Positions 40,805 to 51,717 of a stretch of DNA of 64,000 bases are shown piece by piece. Position 1 is the stretch's first letter. The number at the start of each line of letters is the position of its first letter. Location of the stretch: assembly GCA_965207885.1 (NCBI GenBank), contig OZ242311.1:4416001-4480000 (forward strand), read 5' to 3'. Origin of the DNA: Candidatus Latescibacterota bacterium (GTDB taxonomy: Bacteria > Latescibacterota > UBA2968). The notes below the pieces were generated by a model. That model was not told the DNA's origin. It worked only from the letters and a program-made list of their open reading frames with translations, and did not search any database. The position numbers and the translations under genes are program-made.

Positions 40805-41185
40805 ATGAAAGAATGGCCGCGATCCCTGTTATCGCGGCCATTTATGTACTACAAGTCATGGAACCTCCTATGTCAGCCGATCGGGGGAGAGGTCCTAACA
40901 CCCGACCGCTGGATACAGATTGGTGGCATAGTAACCTCCTCTTGTGAGTGCTGCGGCCCGTCACACCCACTCGCGGTCCAATGAACTCTCTATGCTCTGT
41001 GTGTTTGCGCGAAGGTCTAAAGAACGGTATCCAGGTCGGGTTACCGAATGGCGGCAACGAGTCCGACGAAAAAAAAGACCAGATGTAAAAACACACGGGC
41101 GAGAACCTTTTCGAGCGGAATGCCGCCTGACGATTCATATCGCCTGTTATTTTGGAATATAACCCGATAAATTGCGGGATGTCAA
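40805..41185 (-). ncRNA. putative structured transcript with two micro-ORFs (40929-40873, 18 aa; 40859-40842, 5 aa)
   Basis: TTGACA-18-TATATT promoter, several long complementary segments, two AGGAGG RBSs, 12-bp terminator stem 40812-40842. Confidence 0.45.
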
Positions 41186-41295
41186 GACCTAATTTGAAAT
41201 TTTTTTATAGGTATCTTTAGATAAGATTATATACTATATATCAGTACCCAATCCGCGCTAATCATTTTAGCGCCATAGAACAGGAGAACACAGAT

Positions 41296-42891
41296 ATGGG
41301 ATATGGCAGACGAGAAGACCCGAAATTGTTTAACGATGAACAAATGCGTCAATATATCGCAGATGGATACGTGGTTTTTGAGCCAGATGTCCCCGATGAC
41401 CTGCACGAGACAATTCGGCAAAAACTGCAATTTATGGTCGATGAAGAATTCAATTACGGCAACAACGTGCTGCCTCGCGTCCCCGAGATGGATCGCATCT
41501 TAAACAGCCCAGAAGTACAGGGCGCGCTCATCAGCGTACTCGGCCCGGGATATATCGAACACCCGCATCGGTTTTGTCACTACATCTCGCCCGACGCAAC
41601 ACAAAGAACACTCGCCCAAAATTGTCATCAAGATTCTTACACCCCCCTGGGACGCCCGCGCCAACACTACCCGCGCTTTGCGCGCATCATGTACTATCCA
41701 CAGGACTCACCCGTTGAAATCGGTCCCACACACGCGATTCCCGGCACACAGTATCACAGGCGATTGACCGATCAAGACCGCCAGAACGCCATTCCAATAG
41801 CCGGTAAAGCTGGCACAGTATCAATCACACACTTTGATATAGGACACGCCGCAGGCATCAACGCGCTTCGCCAACCCCGGCATATGATAAAATTCATTTA
41901 CGTGCGCGCCGAAGAACCGACCGCCCCCTCGTGGGATTGTCGGGATCACATCTGGCGAAATCCCGAAACATACAAAACACCGCATGATCTGCACCTGGCC
42001 TGGTCGCATATATGGGATTGGCTATGTGGCAAAAAGGATCAATACGAAAGTTTTCGCGCATCAGCCCCCGCAACTTGCAGATTGGAAGACCTGCATCACG
42101 ACAACCTGGACAAACGACTCGCAGCCCTGCACTCAATAGCCGCGACAAAAAACACCGATGCAATTCCCGCGCTGATTCGCAAGCTCAATACCGACGACCA
42201 GTGGACGCGCCTCGCGGCTATATATACTCTGGGCGCAATAGGCCAACCCGCAGTACAGCCCCTGATAGAAACACTCTTAGACACTGCCACACACAAAGAC
42301 GAGAACCCCGTACCCACATCCTGGAATGAAGGCGCCATATCGATGGAAGATGCTGTCCATGCCCTCGTTGCCATAGGCACACCTTCACTGGATCCTCTAA
42401 TTGGACTGCTGGAAAACTCAAGCGAATGGGCACGTATCAACGCGGCCTTCGCGCTCGGTGAAATGGATACTCTGGCGGCACAAGCCGTACCTGCACTCAC
42501 GCGCTGTCTGGACGATGCGTCTCACTGCGTTGTGCGAACAGCCACAGATGCACTGGGCAGCATTCGGAAAGATAGCGAAGAATTTATACCCGTACTCGAG
42601 CGACTGCTCAAAGTGGGACGCCCTGAATGGCAAATGCCCGACCGACGCGACTGGACGCCCTATGACCAGGTCCGCGTCAACGCCGCAATGGCATTTACGC
42701 GCCTGGGCAAAGACGCCACATCTGCCGAAGCTCTTCTACTCGATACATTATCCGACCCCAACGGTCACGTCGCTGCATTTGCCCTGGAAGCATTGCGGCG
42801 GATAGGCACGTCCTCGGCAATGGATGGCGTCATGGAATATCTGATGACCCGACGGTGGGATGAAAGCATAGAGAAAGGAAGACTATTTTGA
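41296..42891 (+). CDS. PhyH-family dioxygenase fused to HEAT repeats
   Basis: HQD, GPTHAIPGT, DIGH; C-terminal R..AA.ALG repeats. Confidence 0.85.
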   Translation: MGYGRREDPKLFNDEQMRQYIADGYVVFEPDVPDDLHETIRQKLQFMVDEEFNYGNNVLPRVPEMDRILNSPEVQGALISVLGPGYIEHPHRFCHYISPDATQRTLAQNCHQDSYTPLGRPRQHYPRFARIMYYPQDSPVEIGPTHAIPGTQYHRRLTDQDRQNAIPIAGKAGTVSITHFDIGHAAGINALRQPRHMIKFIYVRAEEPTAPSWDCRDHIWRNPETYKTPHDLHLAWSHIWDWLCGKKDQYESFRASAPATCRLEDLHHDNLDKRLAALHSIAATKNTDAIPALIRKLNTDDQWTRLAAIYTLGAIGQPAVQPLIETLLDTATHKDENPVPTSWNEGAISMEDAVHALVAIGTPSLDPLIGLLENSSEWARINAAFALGEMDTLAAQAVPALTRCLDDASHCVVRTATDALGSIRKDSEEFIPVLERLLKVGRPEWQMPDRRDWTPYDQVRVNAAMAFTRLGKDATSAEALLLDTLSDPNGHVAAFALEALRRIGTSSAMDGVMEYLMTRRWDESIEKGRLF

Positions 42892-44138
42892 ACACACGAC
42901 ACCTGATTTCAACGCAGGGATCAGACCGCGGAACCGGATATAACATGAGCGGGAAACTGATTCGGCGCGATGGCAAATTATTCATCGGATGGTTGGATGC
43001 CCCATCAGAAAAAGGCACACAGGCGAGGATCATGATAGGCGTTTGTGACGAAGTATCCGGCGAGATGCACCGGACATTTCAAATTGGCGAAGGCATTGAC
43101 AACCACTGTGGACCCGCCCTGATACTGGACGACAACGGCCGATTGCACGCCCTCGTCGGAGCGCACCACGGTCCATTTTTTTATCGATGGTCGGACAACC
43201 CAGAAGATCCAAATACCTGGAGTGAAGCAGAGGCATTGGGCGCATTGAGCACATATCCCAGTTTCGCAGTGGATCAGGAGGGAACACTTCACCTATCGTA
43301 TCGCGAGAGCGGGGACAGATGGGCTATGTGGTATCGGCGAAAAAAAACCAACCAGAGTTGGGAACCACCGCGTTCAATTGCAGTAAGCCCGGTCGCGGGA
43401 TACAATCATTTCATGCAATCTCTGACCACGGGACCAGACGGAACCCTGCATCTAATATTTCAATTTCACTTTGCGGAATCTGGACACGCAGCAGATTGCC
43501 GGGGACGCGCAGCAGTACATGTGTATTCAGAAGACGGCGGCGATACGTGGTTTAACGAAGGCGCGCGCTTTGGAGACCCATTAACAATGGAAACCATGCG
43601 AGCCATTTGCCACGATCCGCAGGGCGGAGATGGCCAGCACAGCGTGCGCGTGGGCAATCACGTAGTAGATGCAAACAATCAACCGTGGTTCTTCTGCTCA
43701 TATCCCGGGTATCAAAGCGGTGTATTGTGGCATCGCAGCGACGCGGGATGGGAGCCTGTGGATCTATCTCCGATCCTCAATGGCTTAAACATGGAAGGTG
43801 GACGCGCGACATCGCTATCTCGAGATCACAAAGGCAGATTGCACTTTGCATTTGCAACACACCCGCACAAAAAGCGGTGTGAATGGTTCAGCCCCGAACT
43901 GGAATTATTTTATGCAATACTCGACGAAAAAGGCGCGTTAATCTCTTTAGACCAACGCACCGGAACCGACAGAGCGGCAGCGAACTGGTTACCCGCACTG
44001 GAGCAATGGGATTGGACGCGCCCCGATCAACGGTTTGGCGGTGGTCACTGGATGATGTACACACGTGGCTTAAATGCCGGCGGAATTGGCGGCGACAACA
44101 AAAGTGCATTGAAGACAGAAATTTATTTGACCCGATGA
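42888..44138 (+). CDS. BNR/Asp-box repeat beta-propeller protein
   Basis: DNHCGPAL..D.NGRLH, TYP, SEDGGDTW. Confidence 0.75.
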   Translation: MNTRHLISTQGSDRGTGYNMSGKLIRRDGKLFIGWLDAPSEKGTQARIMIGVCDEVSGEMHRTFQIGEGIDNHCGPALILDDNGRLHALVGAHHGPFFYRWSDNPEDPNTWSEAEALGALSTYPSFAVDQEGTLHLSYRESGDRWAMWYRRKKTNQSWEPPRSIAVSPVAGYNHFMQSLTTGPDGTLHLIFQFHFAESGHAADCRGRAAVHVYSEDGGDTWFNEGARFGDPLTMETMRAICHDPQGGDGQHSVRVGNHVVDANNQPWFFCSYPGYQSGVLWHRSDAGWEPVDLSPILNGLNMEGGRATSLSRDHKGRLHFAFATHPHKKRCEWFSPELELFYAILDEKGALISLDQRTGTDRAAANWLPALEQWDWTRPDQRFGGGHWMMYTRGLNAGGIGGDNKSALKTEIYLTR

Positions 44139-44184
44139 ATTTATCAAATCCTTCCTGCTGAACCTCCAATAATGAAAAAAATGA

Positions 44185-44244
44185 TTGACATCTGAAATCA
44201 TTTACTCTATTTTCCTAAGTAACTCTAAAAAATAGAGAACTCTA
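44185..44244 (+). promoter_or_regulatory. sigma70 promoter with operator-like repeats
   Basis: TTGACA-17-TATTTT; CTCTA-AAAAA-TAGAG palindrome 44223-44237; ACTCTA x3. Confidence 0.6.
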
Positions 44245-44267
44245 AAATCCATCAAAGGAGAAATCAA

Positions 44268-44837
44268 ATGCAACCCACACAAAAATTTGAAGAAGACGTA
44301 GCCTTCGTCCGCGAAGCCGTTGAAAAACGCGATCGGAGGCAATACAACTCCATTGCCATAGTCGTGCTCTGGGCCATCATCCTCGTCGCCGGTTATATGA
44401 TCAACGATTTTCGTCCCGAAATAAGCCACCTCTATTGGCCCATTGCGACCTCCATTGGATTCCTGATCAGCATCTGGATCGGCGTGCGGGCAAAGCGGGC
44501 GGAAGGCATCGCAAAACGCAGCGATGGGGCTAAACACAGCCTGCATTGGGGCAGTTTGTTTTTTACGATTGCCGCTATTGTGTTCATCGCCCTGCGACAC
44601 GGCCTGGATGGCTGGGTAATGGGTCAGTACATCACTCTAATTTCTGGTGTCACCTGGTACCTGGGCGGTCTGCACCTGGACCGTCGCTTTCTTCTCCCTG
44701 GTGTCGTATGCATCGTGAGTGCCCCTGCTGTTGACTATCTCGCTCCCTACCCCTGGACCATGGCCGGCATGGCCATCGCCGCCAGCCTGATCATCAGTGC
44801 CTTATGGATGAAACCTCATGAAAAAAGCACCGTCTAA
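44268..44837 (+). CDS. multi-pass membrane protein
   Basis: About 6 hydrophobic segments; AGGAG RBS. Confidence 0.75.
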   Translation: MQPTQKFEEDVAFVREAVEKRDRRQYNSIAIVVLWAIILVAGYMINDFRPEISHLYWPIATSIGFLISIWIGVRAKRAEGIAKRSDGAKHSLHWGSLFFTIAAIVFIALRHGLDGWVMGQYITLISGVTWYLGGLHLDRRFLLPGVVCIVSAPAVDYLAPYPWTMAGMAIAASLIISALWMKPHEKSTV

Positions 44838-45144
44838 CACCTCCGATAGTCTTGCCCAACTGGACAAACTGCTGGAACACCGGTCTCGACTCGGCGCCTG
44901 CGTGCTCCTCGCCGACACTGACGCCATGACCTTTACCAGTTTGAAACAACTGCTAAAAGAAACCGACGGCAACATGGGCGCGCACCTGCGAAAACTGGAA
45001 GATATGGGCTACGTCAATGTTGACAAGCGATTCGAAAACCGAAAACCCGTCACCTGGTACAGCCTCACAGAAAAAGGCCGCGAGTCTTTAACCACACATG
45101 TAAAAGCCCTGCAAACAGTAATCCGCAGTGCCGGCATTGACTGA
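44818..45144 (+). CDS. winged-helix transcriptional regulator (MarR/ArsR-like)
   Basis: TDGNMGAHLRKLE..GYV..K.F..RKP.TWY.LT.KGR. Confidence 0.88.
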   Translation: MKKAPSNTSDSLAQLDKLLEHRSRLGACVLLADTDAMTFTSLKQLLKETDGNMGAHLRKLEDMGYVNVDKRFENRKPVTWYSLTEKGRESLTTHVKALQTVIRSAGID

Positions 45145-45157
45145 TAGGCGTACAAAC

Positions 45158-48100
45158 ATGAAACATCTCCCCACATCCACAACGCAATGGGCAATGGTCC
45201 TCCTCCTTCTGTCTTTCGCTATGCCCACCTTTGCACAGAATCACGCCTTTATTCAGGGACAGGTACTCGACGAAACAGATCGTCCAGTAGCCTATGTCAA
45301 CGTACAAATCACGGACACGCTCGACGGCGCAATCACTGATCGCGACGGCCGCTTTGCCTTCTCCACGCAGCACATGGGCAAATGCAAATTGCACGCATCC
45401 TCCATCGGCTATGAACCCGCTCAGCAGACCCTGTATCTAACGCCCGGCGATACCACAACTGTTCGCCTCATCCTGCGCCTCGTCCTCATCCAACTCGACG
45501 AAACCACCGTCACGGCAAGCACCTATACCACTGGGGAAGAGGAAACCGTAACCCTCTCTCCCCTGGATGTCGTGACAACACCTGGCGCTTCTGCCGATAT
45601 ATTCCGCGCATTCAAAACCTTTCCAGGCGTTGCAACCGTCGATGACGGCGCTGGCCTCTTTGTGCGCGGAGGCGACGTAAGCGAAACCGTCATATTGCTC
45701 GGACAAGCTACAGTCGTGCATCCCTACAAATACGAATCGCCCACAGGCGGCGTCTTCGGCACCATCTCTCCCTTTATGGTACAGGGCACCGTCTTCTCCA
45801 CAGGCGGATTTCCCGCGCGCTATGGCAACGCACTCTCCGCAGTCCTGTCCATGGAAACCCAGAACATGCCCGCGCAAAAAAGCTACACACTCAACCTGGG
45901 CCTCGCCGCTGGCTCTCTGGGCCTCAACCTGCCCCTTATGTCCGACAAATTGGGCGTACGCTTCACCGGCAACCTCAGCTTTACTGATCTTCTGTTTCGC
46001 GTCAACCGCCACAGCAGAGCGTTCACCACCACGCCGCGCGGACACGACGGCAACCTCAATTTGATCTACCAGTACTCGCCAACCGGACGCCTCAAATTCT
46101 TCAGCTTCAACGCGAGCGACCGCCTGGGCGTTCGCGTCACAGAACCCTCCTTTGACGGCATTTACAAAGGCAGCACCAACAGCGCATTGCACAACCTCGA
46201 GTGGATGGAGGTATTCGCCAATTGGGTCATGCAGACCAGCGCCTCGCTCAACCACCACACAGCGCGGAAACAACTGGGCAATCTGGATTTCTCGCCCCGC
46301 GACCTGACCCTCAAACTCCGCACAGACATAGAACGCGCCCTCACCACATCTGCGTTCTTGCGCCTGGGCGGCGAAATCGAACACACGGATAATCAATTCG
46401 TGGGCAGTATTCCTCAAGGCGATATATTCGACCCCCAGGCAGAGATATTTGAACTCGATACATCCTACGGTGCCCGGCGCGCGGGTGCCTACTTTGAAAT
46501 CGACTTTGAACCTGCCCGCCGCCTCGTCGTCAATCTCGGCACACGCGCCGACCACCACAATCTAGGTAGTGTCTGAAAAGTCGTAAAGTATGTATTTTAG
46601 TTGCAGCATACGCCCTAAACCAAGGAGTATGATATGCAACGGAGATATGAACTGCGCGACGAGGCTTGGCATCTGATCCAAGACCTGTTCCCACCGCCGA
46701 AGAAGATGGGTCGTCCCCGTCGGGATGATCGTACATTATTCAACGGGATCTTCTGGATATTGTGTTCAGGTGCAGCTTGGCGCGACCTGCCAGAACGATA
46801 TGGTCCTTGGCAGACAGCCTTTGACCGATTCTGCAAATGGAAACAGGATGGCACCTTTGATCGCATTGTAGAAAAGCTACATCTCAAATTGGGTGAAGAT
46901 GGTCTTTTAGATTATGCGACCTGGATGATGGATGCAACCCATATTCGAGCCACACAAGCCGCGGCAGGAGCGAAAAAAAAAGGGCAAAAAGGGTGAAGAA
47001 GAGCCCCCAGATCACGCTTTAGGACGCTCTCGTGGCGGTTTGACCACGAAAATCCATCTTCTTTGCGATGCAGTCGGGCATCCTTTAGCAGTGGATCTTC
47101 TCCCTGGTAACCAGTCAGAATCCACACAGGCTGAAAGGCTACTGTCAAAGGTATGCATACCCACCAAACGAGGGCGTCCAAGAAACCGACCCAAGTATCT
47201 GGTAGCTGATAAATCTTATGATGTCTCACGCATCAGAGTCTATCTACGCAAACGGGGTATCAAGGCTGCTATCCCAAACAAGGCGATTCCCAAAGGCAGA
47301 AAACGGCGTAAGAGAGGACCACGGCCTAAGTGTGATAAAAGATTATATGCCAAACGCAATATCGTGGAGCGTCTCTTTGGTTGGCTTAAACACTGCCGAC
47401 GGATTGTGACCCGATTTGAAAAAAAGGCGACTCATTTTCTCACTATGGTCAAGCTGGCCTGTATCAGACAACTCTTCAAAGCTTACTTTTCAGACACTAC
47501 CTAAGCGACCGGTTTGCCATAGACCCGCGCGTATCTGCGCGCTACCAGTTTACCGAACACACAGACGCACGCCTCGCCTGGGGCATCTACCACCAATTTC
47601 CCGGCCCGTCCAAATACAACGCCACCAGCGGCAATCCCAATATAGGACCTCAACGCGCCCAGCACAGAATCATCGGCCTGCACCACGAACGCGACCAGTT
47701 CATGATGCGCCTGGAGGCATACCACAAACCCTACCGCAACCTCGTACTGGATCATCCCGACCTGAACCTCTCCAACGATGGCAAAGGCAGCGCCTCTGGC
47801 TTAGATCTCTTCCTCAAACGCGGCGATTTTCTCAGCACGCGCTTCAGCGGTTGGATGGCCTACAGCCTGCTGAGATCCCGCCGCTTGCAGGTGCGCCACA
47901 TCGGATCAGAGATGCACTACGAAGAAGCCCCATCGCCTTATGACATCACACACAACCTGACACTCGTCGCAAAAATGCGGCTCATTGACGACCTCAGCGG
48001 CGGCCTGACCGTGAAGTATGCCACGGGTCGTCCCATCACCCCAATCGTGGGTGCAATTCCCGTAGCAGACCAGAACTACTATCTCCCCATAGAAGGGCGC

Positions 48101-48331
48101 GTCGGCTCAGAACGGCTGCCGTCCTTTCGGCAAGTAGATGGGCAACTGAGCTATTTGCTGCCCTTTGGCGCGAATCACCAGACCGTCTTCTATTTGGCGA
48201 TCAACAACCTGCTCAACCGCGCCAACGTACTCGACTACGACTACTCTATAGACTACAGCCAACGCCAGCCCCGCACCACCACCTTTAGCAGATCCATCTA
48301 CTTCGGTGCCACCGTCACCTTGAACCCATAA
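45158..48331 (+). pseudogene. TonB-dependent receptor interrupted by IS
   Basis: Carboxypeptidase-regulatory-like N-term, plug (PGV..LFVRGG, GGFPARYG); frame resumes at 47504 (SDRFAIDPRVS); removing IS plus one TA gives a 744-aa ORF. Confidence 0.92.
46565..47501 (+). mobile_element. IS5-family (IS427-like) insertion sequence, copy 1, 937 bp
   Basis: 17-bp TIR GGTAGTGTCTGAAAAGT; TA duplication; orfA 46634-46996 (WRDLPERYGPW) and orfB to 47504 (GRSRGGLTTK, ADKSYD, RNIVER). Confidence 0.96.
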
Positions 48332-48347
48332 ACTCAGGAGAACAGCC

Positions 48348-49208
48348 ATGCAATACATTTTACTCGCACTCATCGTCTCTCTCATCATCTTCACACAAAA
48401 AGGATATGCGGTTGCACAGCAACCAACGGATGGACAAAATCCCGACCAACCGACTATCAAACCTGACGAACCCGCACAATCCGCCGCCAGCCTCCTCACC
48501 AGCGGCAGAAATATCCTTCAACAGAGTATAAACGAGAACAATCTCGACGCCATGTACGCCGCCCGGGCGACATTTGAGCGCGCTCTGGCCGATAAAAACC
48601 TCTCGGCATGGAGCCATTACTACATCGCCCTCACCGACTACCGCATCGCCAACTATCTCTTAGCTCAAGGCAAAAAGAACAAAGACCGGGCCTCTGACCA
48701 CCTCAAAGAAGCGGCTGAGCATCTGGAAAAAGTCACTCGGGAAGACATCACCCGAGAAGATGCCAAAACGATCGCTGCCGAAGTCTATGCACTGCTCTCG
48801 AGCGTGTACGGACGGCAAATCAGCCTGAGTGGAATCAAAGGCATGTTCCTCGGACCCAAATCCGGCAATCTCCTAAAAAAATCCGAACAACTCGCACCCG
48901 ACAATCCGCGCGTAGTCCTGAGCGCGGCCATCAGTGCTTTTAACACACCCAAAATGTGGGGCGGGAGCAAAGAGAGAGCGATAGAAGGATTCCAGCGCGC
49001 CGCACATCTCTTTGCACGAGAAAAACCAACCGATCCCATCCATCCCGTTTGGGGACACAGCGAGACCTATGCCTGGCTGGGCATCGCGTATATGGACCGC
49101 GATGAGGAGAATTCAGCGCGAGCAGCTTTTGAAAAAGCGCTCGAAATTGATCCAAATAATGGCTGGGTCAAATACGATCTGTTGCCGAAGATGAAAAAGG
49201 AGAATTAG
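48348..49208 (+). CDS. exported tetratricopeptide repeat protein
   Basis: Signal peptide; LAPDNPR..TPKMWGG; KALEIDP. Confidence 0.8.
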   Translation: MQYILLALIVSLIIFTQKGYAVAQQPTDGQNPDQPTIKPDEPAQSAASLLTSGRNILQQSINENNLDAMYAARATFERALADKNLSAWSHYYIALTDYRIANYLLAQGKKNKDRASDHLKEAAEHLEKVTREDITREDAKTIAAEVYALLSSVYGRQISLSGIKGMFLGPKSGNLLKKSEQLAPDNPRVVLSAAISAFNTPKMWGGSKERAIEGFQRAAHLFAREKPTDPIHPVWGHSETYAWLGIAYMDRDEENSARAAFEKALEIDPNNGWVKYDLLPKMKKEN

Positions 49209-49308
49209 GTCACAGAGTATCTGTTTGTTACGTTTGATATGAAAATGTCAGCAGAAAGTAGAAAGTCATTTTGAGTCTGTTCAAGCCAGACTAAGCCTGG
49301 AGAAAAAA

Positions 49309-51717
49309 ATGTTCAAAATATACTTTAAGACAGCTCTGAGGATTCTGATTAAGTCCAGGACTTATACATTTATTAACATCATCGGGCTTGCACTGGGTAT
49401 GGCCTGCTGTTTGCTCATTATGCTTTATGTTAAAGACGAATTGAACTACGACGGATTTCATAGGCAAGCCCACAGGATTTACCGTATTACCAGCGAAGTG
49501 CTTCACAAAGGAATGGGGGTCACTCGGTCAGCTACCACGCCCGCACGACTTGCCCTGACCCTCCAAGATACCTACCCCGAGATTGAGGAAGTTGTTCGTC
49601 TATATCCCAAAAACTCTCTTGTTGCGCGGGGTGTACAGGCAGAATTTCAAGAGGAACGCTTCTTTTATACTGATCCTGCTTTTTTTAAAGTTTTTTCATT
49701 TCGAATTCTCGAAGGTAATCCCGCCGAAGTTTTGAAAGCACCCTTCTCGGTAGTACTGACTGAATCGACAGCTAAGCGGTACTTCGGAAATGAAAGTGCG
49801 ATTGGCCAAGTACTCAATATAGACCGGAAATTTGATTGCAAAATAACGGGCATTGTTCAGGATCCACCTTATAATTCACATATCCAGTTTGATTTTCTGG
49901 CGTCTTTTGCAACCGCTGAATCCGTGGATCCGTGGATTGTAAACTGGGAATGGCCTCCCATGTACACATATATCCTGCTCCATGAGGATCATGACATAGT
50001 TGAAATTCGAACCCAGATGCCAAAATTTATCGCGCAAAATATGCCTTCGCATATAAGCGGACAGGTGAGTTTTAGGGTTCAAGCTTTAAAACGCATACAT
50101 CTATATTCTCATCTCGAAAGAGAACTGACCCCCAACAGTGATATTGTCTATGTATATATTTTTTCCACCATTGCTTTTTTTATTTTGCTCATAGCCTGCA
50201 TCAATTTCATCAACATGACGACAGCCCAGTCAGCTCGACGTGCCTTGGAAGTCGGCATGCACAAAGTATTTGGTGCACACCGCAACCAGCTTGTCAGACA
50301 ATTTCTGTGCGAATCCCTACTTGTCGCAACACTGGCTTTTGTGCTTGCACTGGGGCTTGTAGAATGTCTGTTGCCAATATTTAACTCTGTTTCACAAAAG
50401 CAAGTCGTTTGGCAGGATTTGGGATATCTGACAGTTTTTCTCATCTCAGTGGGGTTGGTATTGGGGGTAGGTGTGATAGCCGGAAGCTATCCGGCATTTT
50501 ACCTTTCGAGATTTACACCTGCCAGAGCTGTAAAAGGCGTCTTATTTACGCCTCATAGCCATTCTGCCTGGCTGCGCAAAGGGTTGGTGATCTTTCAGTT
50601 CGCGATATCGAGCATTCTAATCATCGGTACGGTCATTATTTATAGCCAGCTTGATTTCCTGCAACATGCACGTCTGGGATTTGATAAAGAACAGATGGTG
50701 ATTGTCCCTTTACGCGAGATTGACGATCAAAAAAATTACAGAGTACTCAAACAGAAATGGAGTGAAGGAGCCAGCGTGATAAGCGTAACAGGTTCTTCAG
50801 GGGTGCCGACTCAAGTGGGGCTTTATGAATTTCATATCTTTCCCAATAATGCTCGAGACGACAGTTTGGAAATTTTTACTTTAACTGTGGATAAAGATTT
50901 TGTCGAGACCTATAATATGGAAATTCTCAACGGCCGTGACTTTTCTGAACATCATATCAGTGATGCGGCTCAAGCATTTCTCGTGAATGAAGCTGCGGCG
51001 AAAAAATTAGGCTGGCTGCAACCGACTGGAAAGGAACTAACGCTTAGATATTGGAGAGATAAATGGGTAAGAAAAAAAGGCCGCATCATCGGCCTTGTAA
51101 AAGATTTTCACTACCATTCTTTACATAGATCTATTGAACCCATCTTATTTCACATTGATACTATTGAAAAGTCTTACTATTATGCTTTTTTGTCAGTACG
51201 GATTTCAGGATCAGATGTTCAGAATGTACTAAGTTTCCTAAAACGCAGATGGAAAGAATTTAACCCCAATCGGCCATTTGAATTTTTCTTTTTAGACGAC
51301 CGGTTTGATCAACTGTATCGCGCTGAAGAAAGACAGGCACACATTATAGGCACTTTTGCCTTGATCGCGATTTCTATTGCTTGTCTGGGGCTATTTAGCC
51401 TTGCAGCTTTTTCCACAGAAGAAAGAACAAAGGAAGTGGGCGTGCGAAAAGTCCTCGGTGCTTCCGGTATCAACATCGTGGTATTACTCTCGAAGGAGTT
51501 CTCAAAATTGGTTATATATGCAAACTTGCTTGCCTATCCTATATCTTATTATGTTGCGGAGGTCTGGCTCCAGAGCTTTCCATATCGAATCCATCTGGGT
51601 GTTAGTCCTTTTCTCGTTGGAGGACTGCTCACCTTGACAATTGCTTCTGTAACTGTAGCCTATCACGCCTTCAAAGCCGCAACTTCCAATCCGGTTGAAG
51701 CCTTGCGGTATGAATAA
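49309..51717 (+). CDS. ABC transporter permease (duplicated MacB/FtsX domains)
   Basis: INIIGLALG, LIACINFIN, EVGVRKVLGA, NPVEALRYE. Confidence 0.92.
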   Translation: MFKIYFKTALRILIKSRTYTFINIIGLALGMACCLLIMLYVKDELNYDGFHRQAHRIYRITSEVLHKGMGVTRSATTPARLALTLQDTYPEIEEVVRLYPKNSLVARGVQAEFQEERFFYTDPAFFKVFSFRILEGNPAEVLKAPFSVVLTESTAKRYFGNESAIGQVLNIDRKFDCKITGIVQDPPYNSHIQFDFLASFATAESVDPWIVNWEWPPMYTYILLHEDHDIVEIRTQMPKFIAQNMPSHISGQVSFRVQALKRIHLYSHLERELTPNSDIVYVYIFSTIAFFILLIACINFINMTTAQSARRALEVGMHKVFGAHRNQLVRQFLCESLLVATLAFVLALGLVECLLPIFNSVSQKQVVWQDLGYLTVFLISVGLVLGVGVIAGSYPAFYLSRFTPARAVKGVLFTPHSHSAWLRKGLVIFQFAISSILIIGTVIIYSQLDFLQHARLGFDKEQMVIVPLREIDDQKNYRVLKQKWSEGASVISVTGSSGVPTQVGLYEFHIFPNNARDDSLEIFTLTVDKDFVETYNMEILNGRDFSEHHISDAAQAFLVNEAAAKKLGWLQPTGKELTLRYWRDKWVRKKGRIIGLVKDFHYHSLHRSIEPILFHIDTIEKSYYYAFLSVRISGSDVQNVLSFLKRRWKEFNPNRPFEFFFLDDRFDQLYRAEERQAHIIGTFALIAISIACLGLFSLAAFSTEERTKEVGVRKVLGASGINIVVLLSKEFSKLVIYANLLAYPISYYVAEVWLQSFPYRIHLGVSPFLVGGLLTLTIASVTVAYHAFKAATSNPVEALRYE

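Noticed and set aside
41011-41048. c-di-GMP-I riboswitch-like fragment (GGTCTAA...CGGGTTACCGAA)
   Set aside because: The 5' half (GGYAAA..GAAA tetraloop..GCAAA) is absent; resemblance is partial only
40842-41138. 98-aa ORF in the structured intergenic region
   Set aside because: No SD, atypical composition, runs through multiple RNA stems; only its last five codons have an RBS
45437-46558. Long antisense ORFs (e.g. 373 aa here, 13052-14167, 34303-35316, 32609-33607)
   Set aside because: Shadow frames of well-supported genes on the opposite strand with no recognisable motifs
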